Positions 1-12,480 of a DNA stretch of 64,000 bases are shown here, piece by piece (position 1 is the stretch's first letter; every line of letters starts with the position of its first letter). Both the position numbers and the translations under genes were made by a program. The DNA comes from Octopus vulgaris. Taxonomy: Eukaryota. The stretch is taken from positions 11,098,001 through 11,162,000 of the forward strand of contig OX597834.1 in the NCBI GenBank assembly GCA_951406725.2. The letters are read 5' to 3'. Under the pieces are notes generated by a model. It ran no database searches, was not told the origin of the DNA, and saw only the letters and a list, made by a program, of their open reading frames with translations.

Positions 1-145
1 TCCAGGGATTTTCTCCGCATAATATGACCGAAATATGCCAATCTATGCTTGGTGATCCTAGCTTCTAGCGACATTTTCGGCTTGATCTGCTTAAGAACTT
101 CTCCATTGGTGAGCCTCGCTGTCCATGGAATCGGTAAAAGTCTTC
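1..145 (-). mobile_element. RTE-clade (BovB-like) non-LTR retrotransposon fragment, post-RT region; runs off the window edge
   Basis: Minus strand translates RLLPIPWTARLTNGEVLKQIKPKMSLEARITKHRLAYFGHIMRRKSL, matching the RTE pattern RRLLRxPWTxRxxNxxVL...L.YFGH.MRR. Confidence 0.85.
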
Positions 146-664
146 ACTATAGCCATTGCATTATACATCCGACTGTTCTCTACTCCCTGTTGAGTCCCAC
201 GCTGTTTCTCATAACCAGGCTTCATTGTAGTAAGGTTCAACCACTAAAAAGACCTTGAATTGAAACAAATACTTGAAGCAAATTGGACTCCTGAGTCCAT
301 ACTTCGTTATCCTTGCTCATATACAATCTTCTTATATACCTCCATCCAAGATAAATCCATTTAATATACATTCATTTACTGAACATCCAACTTTTTCAGA
401 TTTCACTCAGAAAGTCTGCTTCAAATTGAATGCTTTTAGATCTTATAATTTAAGCTCTGTGTTTCTTTCAATCATTTTAAATACAACAAAGAATTTACTA
501 ACATTTTTTGACTTCGATAAGCTTACACAGACATTACCATCTTCATAAAGATTAGGGTTGAGTCGATCAGCACAGTAGGACAAATAATGGAACCTGGGTG
601 GTGATGCAGGGTAATCTTTTGGCAACTTGACATCGACAATATATAGACCATTTTCATAGGGCGT
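142..664 (-). pseudogene. UBE2O: UBE2O-like (E2/E3 hybrid ubiquitin-conjugating enzyme) UBC-domain pseudogene fragment
   Basis: 664-518 reads [49 protein letters not shown] (active-site Cys motif). After a ~200-bp AT-rich interruption, 317-142 reads SKDNEVWTQESNLLQVFVSIQGL/LVVEPYYNEA/GYEKQRGTQQGVENSRMYNAMAIVK with two frameshifts. An in-frame TGA lies just upstream. Confidence 0.8.
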
Positions 665-1015
665 CAGTCACTACGAGCATATGCACGTGCGTGATATGTG
701 ACCTAGCGCGTGTGTATTCATACAAAAGTCCCTTCACACACACAAATATATTCAGTGAACGTTGGAATTTGTAAGAAGCAGACGTAGTTTAAAGGGAAAT
801 CTGAAGTTACGTTTCTGGTACACACCAGTATCATTTTATATGTTAACGTGGACTTAGATTATATTACTGGAAATTCCGTGAAGTCTATGGTTTCCTTTTT
901 ACATACATAAATACATACATATATATGTACATATGTCTACACACACACTCATATATATAAAAGTATATATAGATGTTTTCGATCTAATTTGGATTCTTTG
1001 CCATCAAATTTGAAT

Positions 1016-1094
1016 ATGCATATATATATACACACACATATATATATACATATATATATACACACACACACATATATATACATATATATATACC

Positions 1095-1128
<34 letters not shown>

Positions 1129-1144
1129 AATATATATAAATATA

Positions 1145-1182
<38 letters not shown>

Positions 1183-1202
1183 TATATATATATATATATA
1201 TA

Positions 1203-1270
<68 letters not shown>
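1016..1270. repeat. compound (TA)n/(CA)n/(GATA)n microsatellite
   Basis: Directly visible; bracketed by a degenerate ~50-bp direct repeat TAGATGTTTTC...CTTTGCCATCAAATTTGAAT. Confidence 0.95.
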
Positions 1271-1272
<2 letters not shown>

Positions 1273-1403
1273 GTTTTCTATGTAGTTTAGATACTTTGCC
1301 ATCAAATTTGAATTCTTTGCAATCAAATTTGAATTTTTCAATTGGTGCTCAAGCCTTGAACTAAAAGAGAGTTAAACTACATCGGCCGTAAGGGATTACA
1401 TGA

Positions 1404-1695
1404 CTATCTTATCTAAGTCGTCCAGTAGAGCCCACCAATTGATATCTGAAAAGTCTGATGAAATAATTCACGAACACTGCAACAGCTTCGACCAAAAGAT
1501 GCTCCATTACATCGACCGATCTGAACAAGGGGAGATAATAGAAAAATAATCATTCGTTTATTATCTCCCCTGGTTCAGACCGGTTGATGTTATGGAGCAT
1601 CTTTTGGTCGAAGCTATCGCAGTGTTCATGAGTTATTTCATCGAACTTTTCAGATATCAATAGGTGAGTTCTATTGGACGGGTTAGATAAGATAG
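1404..1695. repeat. imperfect fold-back inverted repeat, 137-bp arms, 18-nt spacer
   Basis: 1404-1540 (CTATCTTATCTAA...GGGGAGATAATA) is the reverse complement of 1559-1695 (TATTATCTCCCC...TTAGATAAGATAG), with mostly transition mismatches. Confidence 0.95.
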
Positions 1696-1832
1696 ACACT
1701 TCCGAAGAAGAGCATCTCCTCGAAACGTTATACCATCTTTCTTTCCTTCCCTTAGCGTCTGCTAAAACATTTTATATACAACGTCCTCGCATGGTTGTAT
1801 ATTTTGTGTTTGTTCTTTTGGGATTTACTAAC
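1696..1832 (+). mobile_element. degenerate hammerhead-bearing short element (Penelope-like terminal repeat)
   Basis: CCGAAGA-A-GAGC-ATCT-CCTC-GAAAC-GTT at 1702-1729; downstream tail is homologous to that of 7967-8175. Confidence 0.55.
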
Positions 1833-2349
1833 ACATACACATACATAAATACATACATTAATTTCAGGTATATATATATATACACACACAGATCCAAACA
1901 TTTACAAGTTAACAAACATCACATATATCTCTAGTGATTAATGTTATATTAATTGTGTTGAAATACATCAAGATATTTGCGTAAAACTGTTTCAGATTCT
2001 ATAGCATTTTTACGCAAATTGTCATTCCTCCCCGAAGCAATAATGTGCAGAATATAATAAAATAATGATATTGACTTTGAATGTATTAACACTAATTGCC
2101 AAATGACAATTTACTTTTCACAAAACTGACGTTAATTCATATGTTATATATATTATTTAGAGTTAATTATAACCAATATAATAATCATATTAATTATAAC
2201 CTTTATAATGACAATACGAATTTTATAGATGTCGTTTTGAAAAAGGTAAATATTCAATTTGCATTTTATTGTTGTTATAAGTGTATGAAAATACTTAAAT
2301 ATAAATCTGTAATAGATTATTTAATGCGTTTTTCCAATTGCTAATGACA

Positions 2350-2940
2350 TGACAATTCAGGATTTTGAAGCACTATATGTAACACATGGTGTCCTTCATA
2401 TTTTGAGAACTGCATTTGAGAGAAATGGGTGAATTTTGTCACCGGATTTTATATAATTTGTTAAATTTTATATTGTTAAAAATTTCGTTAGTGAAATATT
2501 CAACAAAACAGCATAAATATTGTAAACAGCATGGGATTTGAAGTAAACTTCGTTGATTTTCTTGGAAGTTACGGAAACATAAACAACTTCAAATATTTGA
2601 TTCGTTTAAAGTGTTTATCTTCACACAGCTAATTCTCTTCTGAATTGAGTTTAATGTTTACGTGTTTACAACACATTATATTTCATATAAATCAAGAAGG
2701 GAATTTTGACACGAAATCATTGCAAAATCATCTTCGCAAAAATTAATACAAATCCACGTGTTCATAAGTTTTACATTCTTATCTCTACGGCTACAAATTT
2801 ATTCAACAATTTTGATGTTACCAAGTTGAGGGCGTAACATGCAACACTATTGGTATGCCCGTAATTTGGAAGGAAGTTCTACTAGTTGTTTGCATGACTG
2901 AGAATCTACGCTGCTGTTGCACTAGAACAGTATCAATGTC
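2350..2940 (-). mobile_element. very degenerate non-LTR reverse transcriptase relic (possibly R4/Dong)
   Basis: Broken minus-strand motifs: NYG..PIV..PSTW (cf. NYRPIxCLPTxWK), TWICINF (cf. AWIDY), NPMLFTIFM (cf. SPLLFxI); many stops and frameshifts. Confidence 0.3.
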
Positions 2941-2954
2941 CAACATACCTACGA

Positions 2955-3136
2955 TCATGCAAAATGCTCGACGGTATTTCGCCCGTACTACGATCTCGGT
3001 CGAGGTCACGCCGATGTCGACTTTGACATTCATCTGACTGGGTCGATAAAATAAGTACCGGTTGAGCACTGGGGTTCGATGGAATCGATTTACCGCTCTA
3101 AAATTACTCGACTTGTGCCAAAATTTGAAACCAATA
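2955..3136 (+). mobile_element. degenerate tRNA-derived SINE, family B body with the short CCCCAAAATT...GTGCCAAAATTTGAAACC tail
   Basis: GTCGACTTTG...GGGTCGATAAAATAAGTACC..GCACTGGGG core shared with the copies at 14380 etc.; similar copies at 18945-19135, 42635-42740, 47500-47640 (-), 62885-63100. Confidence 0.75.
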
Positions 3137-3292
<156 letters not shown>

Positions 3293-3989
3293 ATGTAATA
3301 GTGAGATTCATCTGATAGAAGCAACTGCTAGGTTTGCAAAATTCTGTTAAAAATGTAATAATTTGTGTTGTATAAGGATATATCTTTAAAAACAACATTT
3401 TAAAATCTTCTTTTTATTTCTAAGAGAGAGAGGGGGGAGAGATGTAGCCTTGTTAAACGGTGAAAAGTATTTCTGCGTCTTGAGGAATATTATTGGTTGA
3501 ACGGAGGTTTGGACGAATAATTTATATTTATTGTTTGTGTAGTGTACTTTTACGAAATTTTTGCATCATGGCAGGGTATTTTCGTTGAAATCTGCTCAAC
3601 CAAATCCTTTGGGGAAAATGGCTAGGAAAACATAAAGAGTATGTTAAGTGGAAATTTCATAGCTGAAGTATTAATGGTGTTACATTAAGACAACAGAACA
3701 TAATGTTTTAATGTGTAACTTGGGTGGTTGTGTGAAGTTGACAGGAAATTTGCCATTATTGTGATTTTACATTTTACAAGAACGTGTAATAACGCCTGAA
3801 CTAGACGTTTTGTAATTACCATATATCACTCATAGGCGTCGTGCTATCCATCAAGGTAATTCCACATACTGTGACTAGGATTATAATGCAGAAAATTCAC
3901 AATTGCAAATCAAAGTACCACAGAGATATAAACATATTTCTTCACTTATTCTTTAATCCTCGTTTCAGGAAACTCAAATGGTGAAATTT

Positions 3990-4364
<375 letters not shown>

Positions 4365-4833
4365 GAGTGAGAGAGCAGTGTATGCCATCAAAGTGACACT
4401 GGGGTAAAATATACGAAGCCCAGTATACCCACCCATCATGACTACCCGTCTGATAAGGGTACGCCAGGCACATGCATCACAACCGTATGTGCGCAACATG
4501 GTAATCTCATATCAAGAAAAACAGCACATGACCTTGCAGGTGGGGCCCAGTTAAAATTTTCTTCTGGTCGAGTAGCCCATCCCGCTCAAAAGGTCCCTGA
4601 ATAAAGATTGTTTAAGGATGTTGAACGAACCACCCAAGTTTCCAGAGGTGAATTATCCAAACCTCCTAGAATTCCTTTCAACACACGGCTATGAGGCTCT
4701 CCAACTACTTCTGCTCGTGGTCAGTGATGAACATTTCGTCAGCCATTAAGGGACATGGTCAACTGGTTAAGGTCCAACAACTGACAAGAAAATCTGTGGC
4801 ATTGAGAAGAATACTTGCTGTAGCCCATCTTTT
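4365..4833 (-). mobile_element. ~470-bp non-coding element inserted in (AAT)n (family E, probably mobilised by R4/Dong)
   Basis: Near-identical reverse complement of 33518-33981 with the same two boundaries; 5'-truncated copy at 11922-12048; always ends CACTC next to (AAT)n. Confidence 0.85.
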
Positions 4834-4857
4834 ATGCCATATTATTATTATTATTAC

Positions 4858-4909
<52 letters not shown>

Positions 4910-4911
<2 letters not shown>

Positions 4912-5035
4912 ATGTTTGAATTTTGCTTTGTATTTGTACAAGTTGACTCCAAGTCTCACCCAGTGACCTCAAGAAAAAACAAGTTAGAAGATTATTTTGG
5001 TGTTACGTCTAGGATGTCATATATTTGGTTTTGCA
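4910..5035 (-). mobile_element. 3' UTR-like fragment of an (AAT)n-targeting retroelement
   Basis: Reverse complement of 12145-12262 (CTTGAGGTC.CTGGGTGAGACTTGGAG.CAACTTGTACA); abuts (AAT)n at both loci. Confidence 0.65.
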
Positions 5036-5189
5036 CATTGTAGTCTTCTACAGAGTGTTTAAGAAAATATAAGAATATTATGAGGTTATTATAAAATTTG
5101 ATATTACATACACAGTACTTTACGTAGGATACTGTTTCGCAGTGTTCAATTCGGCATTTTATTTTCAAATCACGTTGATGTTCGTATTT

Positions 5190-5804
5190 CCTCATATTAC
5201 TATCGAAAAAAATGACGAATGCCAACATTTTCGGCCAGCAAAAGCTATTACCATGTGGGGCGATAGCAAATAAGTATTGAGACACTTTTGTGAATTGATA
5301 AAATGCAGTTTCCTGGTTGGAATCTATTCAGATCAATATAATAAAATTTGCATTACGCATGTACATTTCCTTTCTTTCGGCACATCTTTAACTAATCTGT
5401 GACAGATGATTACTGACCTACGTACCTTTGCTTTTCAATAGCCATCTTTATTCTTTCGAAATTTGAATCCAGTTTTCAGTCATTCGGAAGTCATGGTTGC
5501 CTACTTATCTGAGACGCTGCCGGACAGTATTCTGAATCGTGCATGGGAAATCCATTTTGGTTATTGCTGTTATAAATTAAAACCAGTATTCCTAAAACAC
5601 TGTCACAATTCAAGATCAGGTGAAGACTTCTGAATATTAATACGATGCTTGCTAAGCATTTTTGGTCTCGTCGACTTAGCTCATAATAATTTCTCGATAT
5701 GTAAATTACTCACATAGTATAATGGACCACCACTGACAACTAAAAGAAACAAACAGGCACACACAAATGCACATATATATATGTCATATAATATTATATA
5801 TAAC

Positions 5805-5847
<43 letters not shown>

Positions 5848-6900
5848 TGCTTATTATAGTGCATTACATTATGTATATCTTTTGCGTGTGAGTGTGAGTC
5901 TTTGAGTGTGTATGTGCATGTGTGTGCGTGCATGCGTGTATATAGGGCCTTATATATATATATAGGGAGAATTCACGAAAAAAAGACGAAGACAGGTGAT
6001 CAAGACAGCAAACAGATGTCTCTGTATAACGGGAACTGAAAAGACTCTTTTACGTTTCGAGGCTATGCTCTTCCACAGAAAGGAACACAGAAAAATCAAG
6101 GAAAGAAACAAGGAGAGGGAAAAAAATGTGTGTTGTGGCTACCGATCTAACTCATGTTCTTGTGGTACTGATTTTAAGACCTGCTCGTGTACATTGGAAA
6201 TATAATCCAAGATATATGTAAAAAACAAATGATCGTGAGTGGAAAATATTTTACATAGAAATATATTAGGATTGTCGTGGGACCAACTAAAACAGGAAGC
6301 AACATCATGAATAAAACCAGGCATTTCGAATTTCATTTTCAATATAATTTGTTCATGCTTCACTTAAGGCAAGCTGTGGATCTAACAGTGTTCCATTAGT
6401 CACAAGACTTCTATGTCAGAGTGACCCAGCTGACTTCGTACGTTTGAAATGTCTTTCCTAATAGCTTGATCATCTCCAAAGTATTGTCACAGGAAATTTT
6501 TTAATGGGATTGCAGATGTGCAGTGTTCGGCCTTTTTCATGAGCAGACACAAGCAGTTGTTTCTCTCTTAGAAGATTGTGCATTAATACTTTTTTTTTTC
6601 TGTAAAATCCTTATTGATATTTTTTTCTTTGACGGCATTGGCAATGAAAAAAAAAAGGCGAAGATCAAAGAGGCCCTCTGTACGCACTTGAATGATATGC
6701 AGTTGCTACTGTATCATTCAAATTCAAGCCACATTACACATATTTTGTGTTAACTGTTCCATTAAGATAAATGCTGTAATCATCGATTTAGACTATGTCT
6801 TCCATTAATGCTTGTCCTTTTTTTCCTTTTACAGAACCAAAAGTTTTTATGAGCGAATCGATTTAGTAGCATATTTTCTTGCACTATTGACCAATCGTAA
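5190..6900 (-). mobile_element. degenerate hAT-type DNA transposase relic, interrupted by microsatellites and a hammerhead element
   Basis: Minus-strand remnants in the expected order: QLHII (cf. CxLH, ~6700), SWVTL..WNTV (cf. TRWLSL..QW, ~6420), FTKVSQYLFAIAPHGNS (cf. LLxIPHxNAxxERxFS dimerisation domain, ~5250). Confidence 0.4.
5963..6145 (-). mobile_element. short hammerhead-bearing element (Penelope-like/retrozyme-like)
   Basis: Minus strand CTTT-CTGTGGA-A-GAGC-ATAG-CCTC-GAAAC-GTA-AAAG at 6082-6047; colinear with 20337-20535; abuts (TA)n. Confidence 0.65.
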
Positions 6901-7595
6901 GGTTACAAATAGATTTGCCTGTCCAAGATATGCAGGACGTAATATTTTGTAGTGCGCGAGATTATTCTAGTTGACGGGTAGTATTAGTGAAGTTTTATGG
7001 AACGCAAAACAGATATAATTCCCGTGGTTTAAATATTTAAGTAGTTACATAATTATATATTGCATTTACAACAAACAATTATTTTGAAATTCGGCTGATG
7101 ATTTATTAGCTTAATCTTAAAATTTGCAAAACTGGCTTAGTTGAAGCTTACTCTAATTTGTATTAACTTGTCCATAAATTTGCTTGATAACATTGTTAGA
7201 ATTAAATGGGAGTAGAAAGTCAAAGGCAAGAACCGCGTGGTTATGAGAAAAAACTTCGAATAATAAAAAAACAATAATAAGTGGGCGTAATAGGCTTAAT
7301 ACTATATATTACACATGATGTATATACATGAAGGAACGTGTGTGAGACTTCAGTCCTCTTGTGTTGATCGATGAGAAACGCTCTGTTGCAGAGGTTCTCA
7401 CTATATCGTTTCTGCATATATATTTAAATCAGTTCAGAAGAAGCGATCACTGGAACGCGCTTAAATATACTACGGAACAGTCAGTATACATCGGCTTCTG
7501 TTTCTACGGTTCGTTGCTCAAGAATGCATACAGGCACGCACACAAAAACATACACACGTACACACACATACACGCACAAACATACACATATCTGC

Positions 7596-7639
<44 letters not shown>

Positions 7640-7699
7640 AGAGAGAGAGAGACAGGTAGGTCATAACACCGGGTACGTCGGAAATCATTGCTAGTATAC

Positions 7700-7817
7700 G
7701 TATTGAATATATACATACATACATACATACATACATACATACATACATACATACATACATACATGTATACATACATACATGCATATATACATACATGTAT
7801 ACATACATACATACATA

Positions 7818-7848
<31 letters not shown>

Positions 7849-7966
7849 CATGTATACATACATACATGCATATATACATACATGCATACATGCATACATA
7901 CCTACATGCATATATACATACATACATATATACATACATACATACATACATATATACATACATAAA
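7700..7966. repeat. (CATA)n tetranucleotide tract with higher-order units; resumes at ~8176-8330
   Basis: Directly visible. Confidence 0.95.
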
Positions 7967-8175
7967 ATGTGACCGCGTGTGTACCGTTGGTGATTTTTTT
8001 TCCTCTGTCTTCCCTTCTCTGGGTCTTTCCTTCTCCTATGTTTCTGACGAAGAGCTCCGCTCGAAACGTTAAACCCTCCTTCTTTCCTTCTTTCCTGAGC
8101 GTCCAATAATACTATATCTGTTCCACGTCCTCGCGTTATTGTGTTTTTTTGTGCTTTCTTGTTCGGATTATCTTT
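7967..8175 (+). mobile_element. short hammerhead-bearing element inserted in (CATA)n
   Basis: Pyrimidine-rich body around the hammerhead core at 8040-8074; tail homologous to 1730-1830. Confidence 0.7.
8040..8074 (+). ncRNA. minimal type I hammerhead ribozyme motif
   Basis: GTTT-CTGACGA-A-GAGC-TCC-GCTC-GAAA-C-GTT-AAAC: both core boxes intact, helix II GAGC/GCTC, helix I GTTT/AAAC, palindromic ACGT in place of helix III, GUU triplet. Confidence 0.75.
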
Positions 8176-8730
8176 ATATACATACATATATACATACACA
8201 CATACATTCATACATACATACATACATACATATATACATACATGCATACATACATAGATACATGCTTGCATATATACATACATACATACATGCATGCATG
8301 CATGCCTTCATACATACATACATACATACTAACAATGCATCCCGGCCAGGGGTTATTCATCTATGGAAGAAAAGGAAAGGCATTACATATAGTATATTGC
8401 TTCAGCAGGTCGGTAAAGTTTTAATAAGTCTTGATACAGTTATTTGAAAACAAAGATAAAAACATTTTACCTTTCACTTGTTTAACATCTGACGTTGAAA
8501 AAATTGTAAAAACTTTTGACTGAGCACACGATAGCTAATTGACTAAAGTGTATGCGTTAAGGGGTAGGAAGAAGTCAGTGAATAAAGTATTCAGTTTAGT
8601 CTTGGGCCAACCAAAGCCTTGTCAATGGATTTGGTACTCGGAAACTATTATAACCACGTTGCATGTGTGTGCGTGTGTCAAATCAGATATCAAACGGAAT
8701 AGGGAGACAATTATAGAAATTCACATTAAA

Positions 8731-9140
8731 GGCTCAGCAGTGGCTGTGCGGTAAGTAGCTTGCTTACCCACCACACGGTTCCGGGTTCAGTCCCACTGCG
8801 TGGCACCTTGGGCAAGTGTTTCTACTATAGCCTCGGGCCGACCAAATCATTGTGAGTGGATTTGGTAGACGGAAACTGAAAGAAACCCGTCGTATATATG
8901 TATATATATATGTGGTGTGTGTGTGTGTTTGTGTGTCTGTGTTTGTCCCCCCAACATCGCTTGACAACCGATGTTGGTGTGTTTAGGTCCCCGTAACTTA
9001 GCGTTTCGGTGAAAGAGACCGATAGACTAAGTACTAGGCTTACAAAGAATAAGTTCTGGGGTCCGATTTGCTCGACTAAAAAGCGGTGCTCCAGCATGGC
9101 CACAGTCAAATGACTGAAACAAGTAAAAGTGTAAAAGTGT
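8731..9140 (+). mobile_element. tRNA-derived SINE family A, full length
   Basis: A box-like GTGGCTGTGCGG, B box-like GGTTCAGTCCC, internal (TA)n(TG)n, tail GCGGTGCTCCAGCATGGCC.CAGTCAAATGACTGAAAC plus short repeats. Confidence 0.92.
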
Positions 9141-9844
9141 ATACACATATATACGTATATGACGCGTCTTTGTTTCTTCCTCTCCGTCTTTTTGTTGTCT
9201 TTCTATCTTCTATTTGTCCGGATGTGTTATTGTCGCCTGTTCTTGATCCATTTTTTAAAACTTTATATATATACATATAGTAGCGTACGTGCAAATTTGT
9301 TCAACTTGTAAGTATGTATCTAAATTCTGTACAACTATTTTTTCCTTTCTTATGGGCTCCCTCATACTTTCTTCTGTCTGTTCTCTTTTTTTTTTCTCAC
9401 TACCACTCTCTCATATTTCTTGGCCTTGCTTTTCATTAATCTACCTACTTTTCCTCATTTATCACCATTGTATCTTCTCCATGTCCCTTTGATTTTCTCT
9501 CTCGTTCTAGCCCTAATTCTTCAATACTACTGGCCCCACCCCTCTCCGTTCTTTCCACGTGACCGCTGTTTAATCAAGCACAATATTTATTTTTTGGCTC
9601 AACTGCCATGAAACAAATATGTTGTCTTCGATATTTAATACACTTAGGTTAAATGTTTCGAGACAACCAGATTTGAACTGTCTCAAGTATAACCGGTCGA
9701 AACTGTAAGGATAGTCTTGAAACCTGACTGAGGAAAAAAGGCCACGAATGACCCGTCCTTGCTTTCCCTGCCTGTTTTTGTATCGTCTATTTGTCCGGAT
9801 GTTTTATTGTCATCTGTTGCGCTCTTGTACCATTTTTTTGCATT

Positions 9845-9890
<46 letters not shown>

Positions 9891-10220
9891 ACAGTAAGTT
9901 ACGGAACGTTATCTATATTACAGGGTATTAAATGTACGAGTTTAAAATAGCTGGAAAATAAATGTACAGCTCGATATATATAATTATTTATTTATAACAG
10001 ATCTTGTATTCGTACTATATTTCAATTTACATGTGCGTTAAAATTGATAGTTCCATATAGATAATAGGATAGACGCGTTTTTTTCCCTTTTTCCCAGTAA
10101 AGTGATTGGTAGCCATATTGCGACCCGTGTATGCATATATTTTTGCACGTATGCATATATCTGTGCCTGTGAGAGAGAGCGTGTGCATATATACACATAT
10201 ATTAAGAGAAATAAACATAT

Positions 10221-10251
<31 letters not shown>

Positions 10252-10385
10252 CATTCATGGATACGTAAGTACGCACAAACACACAAAAATATTGAGAAGC
10301 AACAATATTGATTGAAATATACATTCTTTCTCTTTCTCTCACTTTCTCTATATCTCTCTGTCTCTCTATCTCTCTCTCATTCTGA

Positions 10386-10418
<33 letters not shown>

Positions 10419-10498
10419 TACATGCGTTTGTTTTGGGAAGAGTGTTTCTGGGTGGATCTATAGAGACCCATGCATACGTACACAGACATAAAAATACA

Positions 10499-10571
<73 letters not shown>

Positions 10572-10943
10572 AATATATACATATATATATATATATGAAC
10601 ACACGCATAACCACGTACGCGCACGCACATATACATCAAGGTGTGTGCGGGACTAGGCGCCTGTATGTGGGCATAAGTACGTGGCACACTTGCAATTTAA
10701 TGTTAGTCACATATCCAGAATGATAGCGATTATCTGAGCATATTTCATATTTTATTTAGTAATCCTCTTCTGGTAATTGCATAATATTTGCTTTTTGATT
10801 GTCTGCAAATTTCACATTCTTATTCGCACTTTACAATTTATTGTTTGAGGTGGGTGGGGAAAGGGAACCACTTATGGAAGTACTCGGTAGGAATTTTAAA
10901 TTATTCACCGCCGCCGAAAAATATGCACTGACACATCATATGT

Positions 10944-11002
<59 letters not shown>

Positions 11003-11154
11003 ATGCATTTGCATAAAATGTATGTGATTTCACTCCAATGTGTTCACAGATATTAAACATATTTGCTTTGGGAACTTGTGAAATTACCTACGAGATAAAT
11101 TACGTTACTTCAAATATTACTATATTGATAATCTACTATTGGTTCAACTCTTAG

Positions 11155-11167
11155 TAATAATAATAAC

Positions 11168-11220
<53 letters not shown>

Positions 11221-11228
11221 TAATAATG

Positions 11229-11279
<51 letters not shown>

Positions 11280-11300
11280 TTTGTTGTTGTTATTATTATT

Positions 11301-11333
<33 letters not shown>

Positions 11334-11364
11334 GTTGTTATTCTTCTTCTTCTTCTTCTTCTTC

Positions 11365-11459
<95 letters not shown>

Positions 11460-11460
11460 A
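11155..11460. repeat. (AAT)n followed by inverted (ATT)n/(TTC)n
   Basis: Directly visible; strand switch near 11280. Confidence 0.95.
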
Positions 11461-11476
11461 TTATTTTATTATACAA

Positions 11477-11705
11477 GACGTGACTATTATATGTGATCAT
11501 AATATCTCGGTAAAAGAATTTGACAAGATCAGGAAATATAAACACTTGTTCACTGAAATTAAAAAATGTGGCATTTCAAGGCGGTTGCAATACCAGCGAT
11601 TTTAGGATTTCTACGAATGAGCAAAATTTTTTCTGAAACTTATTTGAAAATTATCTTTCGTTTGCCATTCATGCTCACATATTAAGAAGGGGATTGTTGA
11701 TGTGA
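11477..11705 (+). mobile_element. degenerate R4/Dong restriction-like endonuclease C-terminus
   Basis: DVTIICDHNISVKEFDKIRKYKHLFTEIKK/WHFKAVAIPAILG...AHILRRGLLM*, a paralogue of 33998-34326. Confidence 0.7.
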
Positions 11706-11921
11706 GAATGAATACGACCACGTTTTCTAAGTTTTGGGGGTTTGACATATAACGTCATTTAATTTGGAAATTAACAATATCTGGTATGCTTAGTTAAATG
11801 GCCTATCAATGTATTCAGTAAAATCCTTAAAAGTGGCATTCATGTATGCAGTGTATCGCCGAGGATTTGGAACGACGCTAGACAAAAAGTAGATACAAAA
11901 TTAAAAGAGATTTTAACGTAG

Positions 11922-12048
11922 AGCATATATGGATGTGATGCTTGTGCCTGGTGTACCCTTATCAGACGGGTAGTCATGATGGGTATACTGGGCTTCGTAT
12001 ATTTTACCCCAGTGTCACTTTGATATGGCATGCACTGCTCTTTCACTC
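11922..12048 (+). mobile_element. 5'-truncated family E element
   Basis: Matches the last ~125 bp of 33518-33981. Confidence 0.85.
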
Positions 12049-12051
12049 AGC

Positions 12052-12085
<34 letters not shown>

Positions 12086-12144
12086 TTTTTTGTTTTAATC
12101 TATTTATTAGACATTCGCTAGTACAACACCAAAAAAAAAAAAAC

Positions 12145-12272
12145 CAAATATATGGCACACTAGGCATAACAACAACATGAACTTCCAACCTGTTGTCTCT
12201 TGAGGTCTCTGGGTGAGACTTGGAGCCAACTTGTACAGACATAAAACAAAAGTCAAACATAGAATAATAATG

Positions 12273-12320
<48 letters not shown>

Positions 12321-12335
12321 TTAATAATGATGATG

Positions 12336-12402
<67 letters not shown>

Positions 12403-12419
12403 TAATAATAATAATAATG

Positions 12420-12479
<60 letters not shown>

Positions 12480-12480
12480 T
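12145..12480 (+). mobile_element. retroelement 3' UTR-like fragment with a long (AAT)n tail/target
   Basis: Homologous to 4910-5035; followed directly by (AAT)n at 12263-12480. Confidence 0.6.

Noticed and set aside
443-625. [13 protein letters not shown]... as a functional exon
   Set aside because: In-frame stop just upstream, no usable splice sites seen, and the downstream homologous block has two frameshifts
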